DNA of 64,000 nt, taken from NCBI GenBank assembly GCA_965267575.1, contig OZ254086.1, positions 1,376,001-1,440,000 on the forward strand, in the 5' to 3' direction. The position numbers and the translations under genes are program-made. Below, in pieces: positions 47,302-57,340 of the stretch (position 1 is its first letter; every line of letters starts with the position of its first letter). The notes below the pieces were generated by a model. That model ran no database searches. It had not been told where the DNA came from and worked only from the letters and a program-made list of their open reading frames with translations. Origin of the DNA: Calditrichales bacterium. Its GTDB lineage: Bacteria; Calditrichota; Calditrichia; Calditrichales; J004.

Positions 47302-48858
47302 ATGTCACAATCCAAAAAGATTGAAAAAAACGGCAACGGTTCGTTTTTGCTCAAGGCGCTGAACTGGATTGAGGTAATCGGCAACAAGCTGCCCGATCCG
47401 GCGATGCTCTTTTTGTTTGGTCTGTTTATCGTCTGGATTCTCTCCTGGCTGCTGGCTCCGGTTGCTTTTTCGGAAATAAACCCGCGTACGGGCGATCCCA
47501 TTCAGGTAATAAATCTTTTAACGGGAGCCAATATTGCCAATTTCCTTTCTACGATGGTCAACACCTTCGTCAACTTTGTACCGCTTGGTGTCGTGCTTGT
47601 CGCCATGCTTGGTGTAGGCGTTGCCGAACACTCCGGATACATTAATGCCGGGCTCAAATTGTTGCTCAATTTCACTCCTAAATCTCTGCTGACACCGATG
47701 GTGATTTTGGTCGGAATCATCAGTCACACGGCGGTGGATGCCGGCTATGTGCTTGTGATACCGCTTGGCGGTGTAATTTTCTATGCCGCGGGAAGGCATC
47801 CTCTGGCGGGTATTGCGGCGGCATTTGCCGGGGTGTCCGGCGGCTTTAGCGCCAACTTTGTGCCGTCTGCGATTGACCCCTTGCTGCAGGGCTTTACGCA
47901 GGCAGCCGCGCAGATACTTGATACAAGCTATGAAGTGAATCCGCTGTGTAACTACTACTTCACCGCCTCGTCCGGTATCATCATCATTGCCCTTGGCTGG
48001 TTGCTAACGGACAAGGTGATTGAGCCGCGACTGGATAAAAACGATCCCGTCGATGAAGACGCAGAAGAGACGCCCGAGATGGAAAATCTGGGAAGCAAAG
48101 AAAAGGCGGCTTTTTGGGTTGCCACCGCTACCATTATCCTCGGGCTGGTCATTTTGTTCTTTGCAGCGATTCCTGCTGACTCGCCGCTGCGTGATGCCGA
48201 AGGCGCGCTGGATTCCTTCCGCGCACCGCTGATGCAATCGATTGTACCGCTTATCTTTATTCTCTTCTGGATTCCGGGCATGGTTTTTGGCTTTATGACC
48301 AAAACCTTCAAATCGGCCAAGGACATGATCGATACGATGACCAAGGCGATGAACGGTATGAGCTACTACATCGTGATGGCCTTTTTCTGCGCACTGTTTA
48401 TTGACGCTTTTGGCGATTCCAATATCGGCGCTTTGCTGGCCCTGAAGGGCGCTTCCTTCTTGCAGGCGCTTGCTTTACCCGGCGAGGTAACGATCGTAGG
48501 CATTATTTTTCTGACCGCGTTTGTAAACCTGTTTGTTGGCTCGGCCAGCGCCAAGTGGGCTTTAATCGGTCCCATTTTTGTGCCGATGCTGATGCAGGTG
48601 GGTATTTCACCGGAACTGACGCAAGCCGCATACAGGGTTGGGGATTCTTCTTCAAACATCATTACGCCGCTGATGCCCTATTTCCCGCTGGTAGTGGTTT
48701 TCTGTCAGCGCTATGTAAAGAAAACGGGAATCGGAACTCTCATCTCAATGATGTTACCTTATTCCGTCGTTTTCCTGATCGTCTGGTCTATTTACCTGGT
48801 GATTTACTGGATTCTTGGTATCCCGCTGGGTCTGCAGGCCACGTACGTTTACCCGTAA
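47302..48858 (+). CDS. AbgT family (p-aminobenzoyl-glutamate/YdaH) transporter
   Basis: IE-x2-[29 protein letters not shown] and AYRVGDS-x2[10 protein letters not shown]. Confidence 0.92.
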   Translation: MSQSKKIEKNGNGSFLLKALNWIEVIGNKLPDPAMLFLFGLFIVWILSWLLAPVAFSEINPRTGDPIQVINLLTGANIANFLSTMVNTFVNFVPLGVVLVAMLGVGVAEHSGYINAGLKLLLNFTPKSLLTPMVILVGIISHTAVDAGYVLVIPLGGVIFYAAGRHPLAGIAAAFAGVSGGFSANFVPSAIDPLLQGFTQAAAQILDTSYEVNPLCNYYFTASSGIIIIALGWLLTDKVIEPRLDKNDPVDEDAEETPEMENLGSKEKAAFWVATATIILGLVILFFAAIPADSPLRDAEGALDSFRAPLMQSIVPLIFILFWIPGMVFGFMTKTFKSAKDMIDTMTKAMNGMSYYIVMAFFCALFIDAFGDSNIGALLALKGASFLQALALPGEVTIVGIIFLTAFVNLFVGSASAKWALIGPIFVPMLMQVGISPELTQAAYRVGDSSSNIITPLMPYFPLVVVFCQRYVKKTGIGTLISMMLPYSVVFLIVWSIYLVIYWILGIPLGLQATYVYP

Positions 48859-48862
48859 AAAC

Positions 48863-48894
48863 AAAAAAAGGGAGCCAAAATTGGCTCCCTTTTT
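48863..48894. terminator. Bidirectional intrinsic terminator
   Basis: AAAAAAAGGGAGCCAA-aa-TTGGCTCCCTTTTT between convergent genes. Confidence 0.88.
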
Positions 48895-48906
48895 CTTTAT
48901 TAGAAG

Positions 48907-49485
48907 TTATTGTGTTATTACCTCTGCCTGCTGCTCCATTTCCTGTTCGTCCGGCAAACTCTCTACAAGCTGCTTAAAGTTTTGCAGCCCCTGCTCGAAC
49001 TGCGGCCCGATCATGCCTTCCATGCCCAGGTTCATATAGCGCATCATGTAACTGGGGCTCTCACCCTCGATCGCCCAGGTTACGTCGGTCGTCGTACTGT
49101 CAATTTCTTCAAAAGTCCATAGATCTTTGGCAACGGACTGGTAGGGGGATACAAATTCCAGCCGGCTCTCGATGCGGCTGTAAGGTTCAAAAGAAACAAG
49201 AGTCAGACTGCCAACACCGACCGTGTCACCTTCCCATGACCATTTGGAGCCTACTTCGCCCGGTGTGCCGCTCATTTCATCATAGGCGGATGGTTCCATT
49301 TGTGACCATGGATTCCACTCCAAATAGTATTCATAATTTTTGGCGATCATAAATGTTTTTTCCACAGGCGCGTTCACTGTGACGGAACGCTCCACCCTGT
49401 ATTCGGAATCGACAAAAGCCGGAATGATCACAATGATTAGGACAATAACGGCAACGGCGATTAAAATACCCTTGAGTATTTTCAT
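48907..49485 (-). CDS. SRPBCC/polyketide cyclase family protein, membrane-anchored
   Basis: N-terminal TM, VERSVTVNAP, WNPW and FEQGLQNFK. Confidence 0.82.
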   Translation of the reverse strand: MKILKGILIAVAVIVLIIVIIPAFVDSEYRVERSVTVNAPVEKTFMIAKNYEYYLEWNPWSQMEPSAYDEMSGTPGEVGSKWSWEGDTVGVGSLTLVSFEPYSRIESRLEFVSPYQSVAKDLWTFEEIDSTTTDVTWAIEGESPSYMMRYMNLGMEGMIGPQFEQGLQNFKQLVESLPDEQEMEQQAEVITQ

Positions 49486-49562
49486 ACTTCCTCCCCTGAG
49501 TAATGAGTTTAGTCGTTGGAGCCTGAATATAGCCTAAAAAGCGTGAGGATAAAAGAATGACT

Positions 49563-50579
49563 TTAAATGACAATAATTTCGCCGCCCGCCGCGTCCATAA
49601 CTTTGCGCCACTGCTGCTGATGGCGCAGCCGGGCAATCTCCAGTTGATGCCATAGCGCGTCAGGATTGGCCAGGCTGATGTTTTTATTGAAATATGCTTT
49701 GAATGAATCAGGGGAGGTATCCCTCATAACAGCGTACATGCGGTTAACCGGCGTCAAAACGCGACGTGCCTTTTCAGAAAGAAGCTCAATTTCTGCATCC
49801 ACATCCTTGCTGTAAACTTCCTCATAAAGCACGGAGAGTCTCTCTAAATCGGACGGGCTTACACCTCTGTCCAGTGTGTTTTCCAGGAGGTCGGACAAGG
49901 CATTAAGCGTGTGCGTTGTCTGCTCAAGGTCGGCCATCAGCGCCCCCATAACGCCCCCGCGACGGATAACCACAAGGTATTTATCCATGGTTTGCGGCGG
50001 ACCGGGATTTTTATTGGACAGGCTGATGCTTATCTCGGAGAGCTTAAGCAGGCTGAATGAAAGGGCGGCTATTTCGGCGCTTGTCGTTTCACCCGCATCG
50101 CTCAGGGAAAAACAGCGCTGGAATTCTTCCGCGGCAAACGTTGCGTTCCAGAACGCGGGCAGCAGATTTTCCCGTTTCAGTGCTTTGTATTCATTGAGAT
50201 TCTGATAGGCCAGGGGCTCGTTACTGCTGTCAATTCCGGCCAGGCAACTCCCCGCTTCGTTAAAAAAGCGCCACTCGTACAGCAGACGCTCGCTGGCCGG
50301 CATAACCCTGCCCAGGATGCTGTTGCGCTGCGCCAGTAAATCGCTCAGGCCGCAGCCGTCATAATCAAACATATCGAAGAAACCGATCCGCGTTTCCTGC
50401 AGCTTCACCTGGACGGCACGCTTGCGTGGATAATTTTCCAGACTGCTGGAGAAGGGGGCAACCGGCTGGCCCAGTATGCTGGACAGGCTGTCGGCATAAG
50501 CGTTATCCAATGATGATTTCTTTCCGGATTGACAGCTTACTAAAAAAAACAGGGCGATTAAGATTAAAAGAGATTTCAC
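49563..50579 (-). CDS. DUF3080-like lipoprotein
   Basis: Lipobox LVSC; C-x-L-x2-L-x-AQRNS-x-LGRV-x4-RL-x-YE and FWNA motifs. Confidence 0.65.
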   Translation of the reverse strand: MKSLLILIALFFLVSCQSGKKSSLDNAYADSLSSILGQPVAPFSSSLENYPRKRAVQVKLQETRIGFFDMFDYDGCGLSDLLAQRNSILGRVMPASERLLYEWRFFNEAGSCLAGIDSSNEPLAYQNLNEYKALKRENLLPAFWNATFAAEEFQRCFSLSDAGETTSAEIAALSFSLLKLSEISISLSNKNPGPPQTMDKYLVVIRRGGVMGALMADLEQTTHTLNALSDLLENTLDRGVSPSDLERLSVLYEEVYSKDVDAEIELLSEKARRVLTPVNRMYAVMRDTSPDSFKAYFNKNISLANPDALWHQLEIARLRHQQQWRKVMDAAGGEIIVI

Positions 50580-50591
50580 TTTTCCACACTT

Positions 50592-51245
50592 TCAGGATTT
50601 GGCGGCTGCCGGTTTACGGCGCTGGTAATAGCGGCAGTAGTCGCTGAGAAAACACTCTTCACAAAGCGGATTGCGTGCACGGCAAACTTTGCGTCCATGC
50701 CAGATCAGCCAGTGATGCGCCGCCGACCACTTTTCAGTAGCGATATTTTTCATCAACTGCTCTTCTGTCTTCAGCACGTTTTTGGCATTGGCCAGTCCTA
50801 TGCGATTGCTTACACGAAATACGTGTGTATCAACGGCGATGGCCGGAAAATCGCTGGTTATGCTTAAAACCACGTTGGCTGTTTTGCGGCCTACGCCGGG
50901 CAATTTTACCAACTCTTCGCGTGTTTGAGGCACCCGGCCATTGTATTGCTCCGCCAGGATGCGGCACGTTTCAACAACGTTTTTAGCTTTGGATTTATAC
51001 AGTCCGACCGTTTTTATATACTCTTCCATTTCGGCGGTGCTAAGCTGCGCCATCGAAGCGGCATCAGGGTAATCACGGTAAAGTTCTTTGGTGACAATGT
51101 TGACCCGCTTGTCCGTGCTCTGTGCTGCCAGCATGGTTGAAATCAGCAATTGGAAAGGCGTCGTGTAATCCAGCGCGGTTTCCGTTCCGCCATACTCCTT
51201 TTCAAGAAGTTCCAGGGCCTTTTTGTTTTTTTCTTTGCGCGTCAT
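50592..51245 (-). CDS. nth: Endonuclease III
   Basis: LAAQSTD, LPGVGRKTANVV, AVDTHV and a C-x6-C-x2-C-x5-C FeS motif. Confidence 0.95.
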   Translation of the reverse strand: MTRKEKNKKALELLEKEYGGTETALDYTTPFQLLISTMLAAQSTDKRVNIVTKELYRDYPDAASMAQLSTAEMEEYIKTVGLYKSKAKNVVETCRILAEQYNGRVPQTREELVKLPGVGRKTANVVLSITSDFPAIAVDTHVFRVSNRIGLANAKNVLKTEEQLMKNIATEKWSAAHHWLIWHGRKVCRARNPLCEECFLSDYCRYYQRRKPAAAKS

Positions 51246-51375
51246 CCTTCACATCCTTTTTGAAAACGCCATCAAGTTAGGGTTCCCGCCTATTTTTTTC
51301 AAAAAGGAAGCTTTCACCTCTATCGGATAATTTTCTATATTGCCGCTTTTAACAGCACAACAGGAGATTATATTC

Positions 51376-52302
51376 GTGAGCGGTGAAGAGAAAAAGCTTT
51401 TGCGGCCGTCGGTCGAGGAGATCGACGCCATCCTCGGTAAACAGTTTAAGGTGCTCGACGATGGCTTTATACGCGTTGTCGATTACATGGGCAGTGATGC
51501 TGCCATCGTGCAGGCTGCGCGCGTTTCCTATGGCGAAGGGACAAAAAAGGTGCATGAGGATCGTGGATTGATCCGCTACCTGATGCGCCACCGCCATACC
51601 ACGCCGTTTGAAATGTGTGAGATAAAATTCCATGTACGCGTGCCGATGGACGCCTGGCGCCAGTGGATTCGCCACCGCACGGCCAACGTTAACGAATACA
51701 GCACGCGCTATTCCGTGGCAATCGACGCGGCGCAGGCAACGGAACCCGGGGGATGGCGTTCACAATCGGATTCCAACAGGCAGGGCAGCGCCGGCTATCT
51801 GCCAAAAGATCTGGGCCGTGAACTGACGGAGCAGGAAAAAGAGCTGCATGAAACCAGCCGCCGCATTTATGAAGAGCGCCTGGAAAAAGGCGTTGCCCGC
51901 GAACAGGCGCGCAAGGATCTGCCCCTTTGCACCTACACCGAAGCGTATTGGAAAATCGATCTGCACAACCTGTTGCACTTTCTTTCCCTGCGCATGGACA
52001 GCCACGCGCAATACGAAATCCGTGCCTACGCCGAAGTGATCGGAAAAGAAGTTGTCAGCCGCTGGTGCCCGGCAGTCTGGGAAGCGTTTATGGATTACCG
52101 CGCCAACGCCCGCTTTTTATCCGGCATCGATGTCCAGGTAATACGCGAGCTGGCTGCCGGCAACCCGCAAGAGGCCACTAAAATTTTGGAAGAGGCCGGT
52201 ATGATCAAATACCGCGACGGCAAGCGCCTTCGCAACCGTGAAAGAGCCGAGCTGGAGGCCAAATTGGAAGAGTTGAACCTGCCGGTACCGTGGAAGGAGT
52301 AA
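51376..52302 (+). CDS. thyX: FAD-dependent thymidylate synthase
   Basis: AARVSY, HTTPFE, RHRTANVNEYS (RHRx7S), AREQAR and AQYEIR; GTG start after AGGAG. Confidence 0.95.
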   Translation: MSGEEKKLLRPSVEEIDAILGKQFKVLDDGFIRVVDYMGSDAAIVQAARVSYGEGTKKVHEDRGLIRYLMRHRHTTPFEMCEIKFHVRVPMDAWRQWIRHRTANVNEYSTRYSVAIDAAQATEPGGWRSQSDSNRQGSAGYLPKDLGRELTEQEKELHETSRRIYEERLEKGVAREQARKDLPLCTYTEAYWKIDLHNLLHFLSLRMDSHAQYEIRAYAEVIGKEVVSRWCPAVWEAFMDYRANARFLSGIDVQVIRELAAGNPQEATKILEEAGMIKYRDGKRLRNRERAELEAKLEELNLPVPWKE

Positions 52303-52385
52303 AAATTCCAAATTGGCAAATGCCAAATAACAAATGAGCACCCTCCTTTGGCGACACGGGCAACAAAGGGATACTGCCAAACTGC

Positions 52386-54056
52386 TTATTGCGAATTTTC
52401 CGTGTAGCCCGGCCCCTTTACAAACCTGCCCGGCAACGCGCCCGTATGCTCGCCATCTCTCAGGACCTGTTTCCCGTTCACAAAAACATGCTGCACGCCG
52501 GTGCTGTATTGATGCGGTTGCTCAAACGTGGCGTGGTCCTGAATCATCGCCGGATCAAACACCACAACGTCTGCGAAATAACCCTGGCGCAGATAACCGC
52601 GCTCACGCAGATTGAGCTTGTCGGCGGACAGGCCTGTCAGCTTATGGATCGCCTCATGCAGCGGGATAACCTGCTCTTCGCGGACGTATTTGCCCAGCAG
52701 TCTCGCAAAGTTCCCGTAGGCGCGGGGGTGCGGACTGCTTTGTAAAAAAATGCCTTCCGGCGCCATGGACCCGGCATCGCTGCAAAAGGTCATATAAGGC
52801 AGTTTGATCTGCCGTTTTACATTTTCCTCGCTCATCAAAAAGAATACGGCTTCCACGCGGCTGCTGTCCTCCAGCACCAGGTCTATTGCCGTTTGCTCCG
52901 GCGATTGCCCGCGCATTTCGGCCACTTCGGCCAGGGTTTTGCCAACGTAGGGGCGCAGCTTTTCCGTGCGGAAAGAACTCAGCAAAATACCGTCCGCGCC
53001 CGAGCCATAGTAGAAATTTTCCCACTCATCGCTGTCCTGCACCATTTCCGCAGCAACCTTTGCACGGGTTTCGGGATCGCGCAGTCTTTCGGCCCAGGCG
53101 TCATAACCGCCCTCCTGTACCCAGGGCGGCATGGTGGCGTTTAGTCCGGTTGCGCCGGCAATGTAAAGGTACATGTCAGCGGCAATGTCCAGTCCGGCTT
53201 GGCGTGCAGAGTCGATTTTGGCAATGACCTGATCCAGTTTGTCATGATTGTTTTTGCCGGCCGCCTTAAGATGGTAGATCTCCCCGCGGATGCCGGTGGC
53301 TTCGACGATTTGAATTAGCTCATCAATGGCCTGCAGCAGCTTATTGCCCTCACTGCGCAGATGGGTTGTGTAAATGCCGCCGTGTTTGGCTGCTACTTCG
53401 CATAAGGCGATCAGCTCTTCTGTTTGGGCATAAAAAGCCGGCGCGTAGATCAGCGAAGACCCTACGCCGAGCGCTCCTTCACGCATGGCCTGGTCCACCA
53501 GCAGCCTCATACTGTCCAGTTCCGTCTCTGTCGGCGGCCGGTCTTCCTGACCGATCTGGTGAATGCGCAGGGTGGTGGCGCCAACCATGCTGGCCACATT
53601 AGGCGAAACACCTTTCTCTTCCAGGTAGGTCAGATATCCACCCAGCGTGGACCACTCCACGCCGTAAACAATCTCATCCTGGCTCTCCTCGTGCCTTTTT
53701 ATCATCTCGCTGTTCCAGGGCCCCATGCTCCAGCCTTCGCCAAAAACCTCCAGCGTCACACCCTGACGGATATCACTTTGCGATTTGCCGTCATGGATCA
53801 GCGATCGCGTGGCCCAGCTCAACATGTTTATAAAACCCGGCGCCACGGCTTTTCCCGACGCATCTATGACCATCGCGGCGCTTGCTTCGCTTAAGTCGCC
53901 CATTTTAACAATACGATCGCCCTTAATGGCCAGATCGGTTTTTACGCCTTCCGATAAACTGCCGTCGTAAACGGTACCGTTTTTGATAATGACATCGTAG
54001 TCAGGCGAGCTGCAGGCAAATAAAGAGAGAATCAATAAAAAAGATAGTTTACGCAC
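52386..54056 (-). CDS. N-acyl-D-amino-acid deacylase (amidohydrolase) lipoprotein
   Basis: Lipobox LFAC; APGFIN, GVTLEV-x-GE, HLRSE, YHLK, CSD, HPRAYG and ADVVVFDP. Confidence 0.88.
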   Translation of the reverse strand: MRKLSFLLILSLFACSSPDYDVIIKNGTVYDGSLSEGVKTDLAIKGDRIVKMGDLSEASAAMVIDASGKAVAPGFINMLSWATRSLIHDGKSQSDIRQGVTLEVFGEGWSMGPWNSEMIKRHEESQDEIVYGVEWSTLGGYLTYLEEKGVSPNVASMVGATTLRIHQIGQEDRPPTETELDSMRLLVDQAMREGALGVGSSLIYAPAFYAQTEELIALCEVAAKHGGIYTTHLRSEGNKLLQAIDELIQIVEATGIRGEIYHLKAAGKNNHDKLDQVIAKIDSARQAGLDIAADMYLYIAGATGLNATMPPWVQEGGYDAWAERLRDPETRAKVAAEMVQDSDEWENFYYGSGADGILLSSFRTEKLRPYVGKTLAEVAEMRGQSPEQTAIDLVLEDSSRVEAVFFLMSEENVKRQIKLPYMTFCSDAGSMAPEGIFLQSSPHPRAYGNFARLLGKYVREEQVIPLHEAIHKLTGLSADKLNLRERGYLRQGYFADVVVFDPAMIQDHATFEQPHQYSTGVQHVFVNGKQVLRDGEHTGALPGRFVKGPGYTENSQ

Positions 54057-54085
54057 GGAGACCTCCATCGCTGTGAAAGGGATGC

Positions 54086-54574
54086 TTAAATTTGTTTGTA
54101 GCGTAATTGCCGGCGGATGGCGTAGCCGATGACCAAAACGATATAACCGATCAGGAGCGGCCAGAAGAGACCCGGATCGAGCGAAGCCGCCTCGGACAAA
54201 TTGGCGCGGTAGACGATGGCCGAGATGAGACCAAGAAAAAGCATGGTCATGGCGCCAATAATGTTCAGATCGCCCCGCAGATCTTGGATGGTTTGTTCAC
54301 GGCGCTCCGGGGCAAGCCAGTATTTCTTGTTTGGTACGTTAATCAGGTCATCAGGCAATTTGGCCATCATTTTCCCCACGCCCCAGAATACAAGCAGCAC
54401 AAATAGAGTAACCCCCGAAATAAGATAAACGTACATCTCTTTGCTCAGCCAGGAATCGGCCGAACCGCTAAAACTGAAATGAATAGCCATGGTTTCGGGG
54501 ATGGCCGGGTAGTAGTAAAAATGGATCGAAATAAAAAAGAAAATAGCCAGAAACATAAAGATGCGGCCGTTCAT
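54086..54574 (-). CDS. DUF1648 membrane protein
   Basis: PETMAIHF-x3-G-x-ADSW and INVPNKKYW; four TMs. Confidence 0.75.
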   Translation of the reverse strand: MNGRIFMFLAIFFFISIHFYYYPAIPETMAIHFSFSGSADSWLSKEMYVYLISGVTLFVLLVFWGVGKMMAKLPDDLINVPNKKYWLAPERREQTIQDLRGDLNIIGAMTMLFLGLISAIVYRANLSEAASLDPGLFWPLLIGYIVLVIGYAIRRQLRYKQI

Positions 54575-55569
54575 GCGCTCTCCTCACGCTCAATGAATTG
54601 AAGTAAATTCTCAAAATGCGACTGCCACTTTTGGCGAAAGGATTCGCGCCGGCTTTGATCCAGCTTAATCGCGATGTTGCTGTTCTGGCGTGCCTGCTTT
54701 ACTGTACGGATACCCGGGATCACCGTGGAAACAGCATCAAAAGCCAGGATGTAAGCAAAGGCGAGGTCCGCCTGCGACACATCCAGTTCGTCGGCAAAAT
54801 CGCGGAAAGGCGCCAGGTCCTTTACGGCACGTTCCAGAACATGCGGCTTCAGGCGGAAATGGCGGTGATCATCTTTATCGAACTGTGCGCCATCATCGAA
54901 TTTGCCGGTAAGCAGGCCAAACTGCAGCGGCATACGTGCGATGATGCCGTAACCCTTTTCACTGGCTTTGTCCAGGAGTCCGTAGGCGCGTTGGTTTATC
55001 ACATTAAAAACAAACTGGAAACCATCACCGAGATTATGGTCCATCATGTACTCCGCTTCCGGAAAAGGATCATAGGTGTTTAGCGACAAGCCCCAGTAGC
55101 GGATTTTGCCCTGCTTCTTAAGCTGCTCCATCGCCTCAACACAGCCGCCTTCCAGCAAGTGCTTTAACTTTGCGGAATGAAGCTGGTAATAATCGATCTG
55201 ATCGCGTTTCAGACGTTTCAGGCTTTCATCGCAAGCGTCAAGAATATGCTCCCTGCTATAGTCCAATGCGATCGTGTCATCAGGCATGGCGCGGTGGCCC
55301 ACCTTGGTCGCGATGATCACTTTATCGCTGTTGCCAAAAGCTTCACCGATCAGTTTTTCGGAATGGCCCAGACCATAAAAATCCGCGGTATCATAAAAAT
55401 TGATGCCGCGGTCGAATGCTTCCTTTAAAGCGTTCAGCGATTCCTTGTCATCCGTACCGCCCCAGCCGATGGCCACATCACCGACCTTGGCCGGACCGCC
55501 AATGGCCCAGGCCCCGAAACCAATCTCGCAGACACGCAGTTCACTGCGGCCGAAATGTCGACGTGTCAC
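54571..55569 (-). CDS. Aldo/keto reductase
   Basis: IGFGAWAIGG, DTADFYG, ATKVG, DYYQLH and VIPG. Confidence 0.9.
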   Translation of the reverse strand: MTRRHFGRSELRVCEIGFGAWAIGGPAKVGDVAIGWGGTDDKESLNALKEAFDRGINFYDTADFYGLGHSEKLIGEAFGNSDKVIIATKVGHRAMPDDTIALDYSREHILDACDESLKRLKRDQIDYYQLHSAKLKHLLEGGCVEAMEQLKKQGKIRYWGLSLNTYDPFPEAEYMMDHNLGDGFQFVFNVINQRAYGLLDKASEKGYGIIARMPLQFGLLTGKFDDGAQFDKDDHRHFRLKPHVLERAVKDLAPFRDFADELDVSQADLAFAYILAFDAVSTVIPGIRTVKQARQNSNIAIKLDQSRRESFRQKWQSHFENLLQFIEREESA

Positions 55570-56081
55570 TCTTTAGGGCCTTCGCCGGGTGCCTGGCTGC
55601 CCAGCTTCTGGTCAAGCAGGAAGAGCGCGCTGGGATTGTCACCAACCATTTTGCACTGCTGAATGATATCCTGGGCTTCCTTCTCTTCTTCCACCTGTTC
55701 CTCGATAAACCACTGCAGCATCACCTGCGTCGGATAGTCGCCCTCCTTAACCGAAAGCTCGTACAGCTTGTGGATCAGCGCTGTCACATGCTCCTCATGT
55801 TCCAGCTGCTTTTCAAAGATCTGGCGGTGATTCTTAAAGCTTGTCGGTGGCTGCGGAATGGCCTGCAGCTCAACTTCACCGTCACGGTCCAGAATGTAGT
55901 TGTAGATTTTCATGGCATGGTCGCGCTCTTCCTCGCTTTTCAGCTTCAGGAAGGCAGCCATACCTGGCAGGTCATTGGCCTCGCACCAGGCCGACATGGA
56001 AAGATAGTAGTACTCGGAATAAAGCTCATCCTTAACCTGCGTATTTAAAGCCTCCAGCATCTTTTTGCTAAGCTTGGCCAT
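55566..56081 (-). CDS. ftnA: Non-heme ferritin
   Basis: Ferroxidase ligands E-x2-S-x3-YLSM, EE-x2-H and QWFIEEQVEEE. Confidence 0.92.
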   Translation of the reverse strand: MAKLSKKMLEALNTQVKDELYSEYYYLSMSAWCEANDLPGMAAFLKLKSEEERDHAMKIYNYILDRDGEVELQAIPQPPTSFKNHRQIFEKQLEHEEHVTALIHKLYELSVKEGDYPTQVMLQWFIEEQVEEEKEAQDIIQQCKMVGDNPSALFLLDQKLGSQAPGEGPKE

Positions 56082-56179
56082 AATAATTCTCCTGTTTTTT
56101 GATGATTGTTAAAATACAAAATGCACTCTTACCGCCCAAAAATGTCAGACATTGTTAACAAGCGCCATACGCATGTCGC

Positions 56180-57262
56180 TCACTTCCAGCGGTAGCGACG
56201 CGCGCTTCCCAGCAGCCCGAAAAAAATCACATACAGGGGATAGGTCAGCGCAAACATAAACAAACCCGCCAGGCCGCATTTTTCATCCAGTTTTGTAGAA
56301 AAAAATTTCAGGGCGATCGTTTCCACGGCCGCTTTTGCGCCAAGGGCTGAAAGCCAGATTTCCGGTGAAAGCCCAAAAATCCACGGCGCCCCATACAGGA
56401 CGGCATGCGCGGCAAAAATCACCAGCGAAATCATAACGCTGCCCGGCGATTTCTGCAACAGTTTGCTGTTCTTACGCACCTGCTGCTGGAACACATCGGC
56501 TTTGCCTGCCGGCGGCAGCGTCTCTGTTGTGATGTCCTTTCCCGCCGCAAAACGGATCTCTCCTTTCAGCCTGCGCCGGAAAAGCTCTGTTAAATGCACA
56601 TCATCGCCGCTGGCAAAAGCGGACAGCCGTGGATAGCCGCCGCTCTGCAGGTAAGCGTCTTTCCTGTAAGTCATATTACGGCCCACGCTGGAGTTGGGAA
56701 AACCAAGCCGCGCCGGCAGAGCGATCATTATGCCGGAAAAAAGATTGTCCATGCGCAGCCAGGCGTTCAGCCAACCCGCTTGCTTTTTTATGCGGCTATG
56801 ACCCAAAACCATCAGCGTGTTCTTGTCAAAGGCCCCGGCCAGCGCATTTAGCCATCCGCCGGGCACCGTGCAATCGGCATCGGTAACGGCAATGATTTGT
56901 CCACGGGCTTTTTGAATCGCCGTATGCAGGGCGTTTTTCTTACCTGGCAATGCCGTGCTTTTTGTATCTAATTTTATCACCTGCCAGTTGTCTTTTTCGC
57001 GGCCATGCTGCTCCATAATAGCTGCCGTGTTATCCTGTGAAGCGTCATCCACAAGAATGACTTCGTAGTTTTTCTGCGGGTATTCCAGCTTTTTAAAGCT
57101 TTCCAAAAGCGGCACAATGCGGAGGCTTTCGTTACGCGCGGCAACAATGACAGAAAAAAAGGGAAGCTCCGTCGAACCGCCGTTCCGCTTTGCGAGGAAA
57201 AGCCGCATAAGCAGCGCAAGAAACAACGCATATAGGAAAATCGAAATAATCAGGATTAACAT
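56180..57262 (-). CDS. Glycosyltransferase family 2 (membrane-associated)
   Basis: SVIVAARNE, VDDAS-x-D, GKK-x-AL, TDADC, SGDD and QQVRK. Confidence 0.88.
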   Translation of the reverse strand: MLILIISIFLYALFLALLMRLFLAKRNGGSTELPFFSVIVAARNESLRIVPLLESFKKLEYPQKNYEVILVDDASQDNTAAIMEQHGREKDNWQVIKLDTKSTALPGKKNALHTAIQKARGQIIAVTDADCTVPGGWLNALAGAFDKNTLMVLGHSRIKKQAGWLNAWLRMDNLFSGIMIALPARLGFPNSSVGRNMTYRKDAYLQSGGYPRLSAFASGDDVHLTELFRRRLKGEIRFAAGKDITTETLPPAGKADVFQQQVRKNSKLLQKSPGSVMISLVIFAAHAVLYGAPWIFGLSPEIWLSALGAKAAVETIALKFFSTKLDEKCGLAGLFMFALTYPLYVIFFGLLGSARRYRWK

Positions 57263-57340
57263 GGGGCCGTGTAAAGTTGAACTGAAACAACAAAATAGCT
57301 AATCTAGCGCTTTCCGAACAAGAAAAATGAAGCGGAGCTT

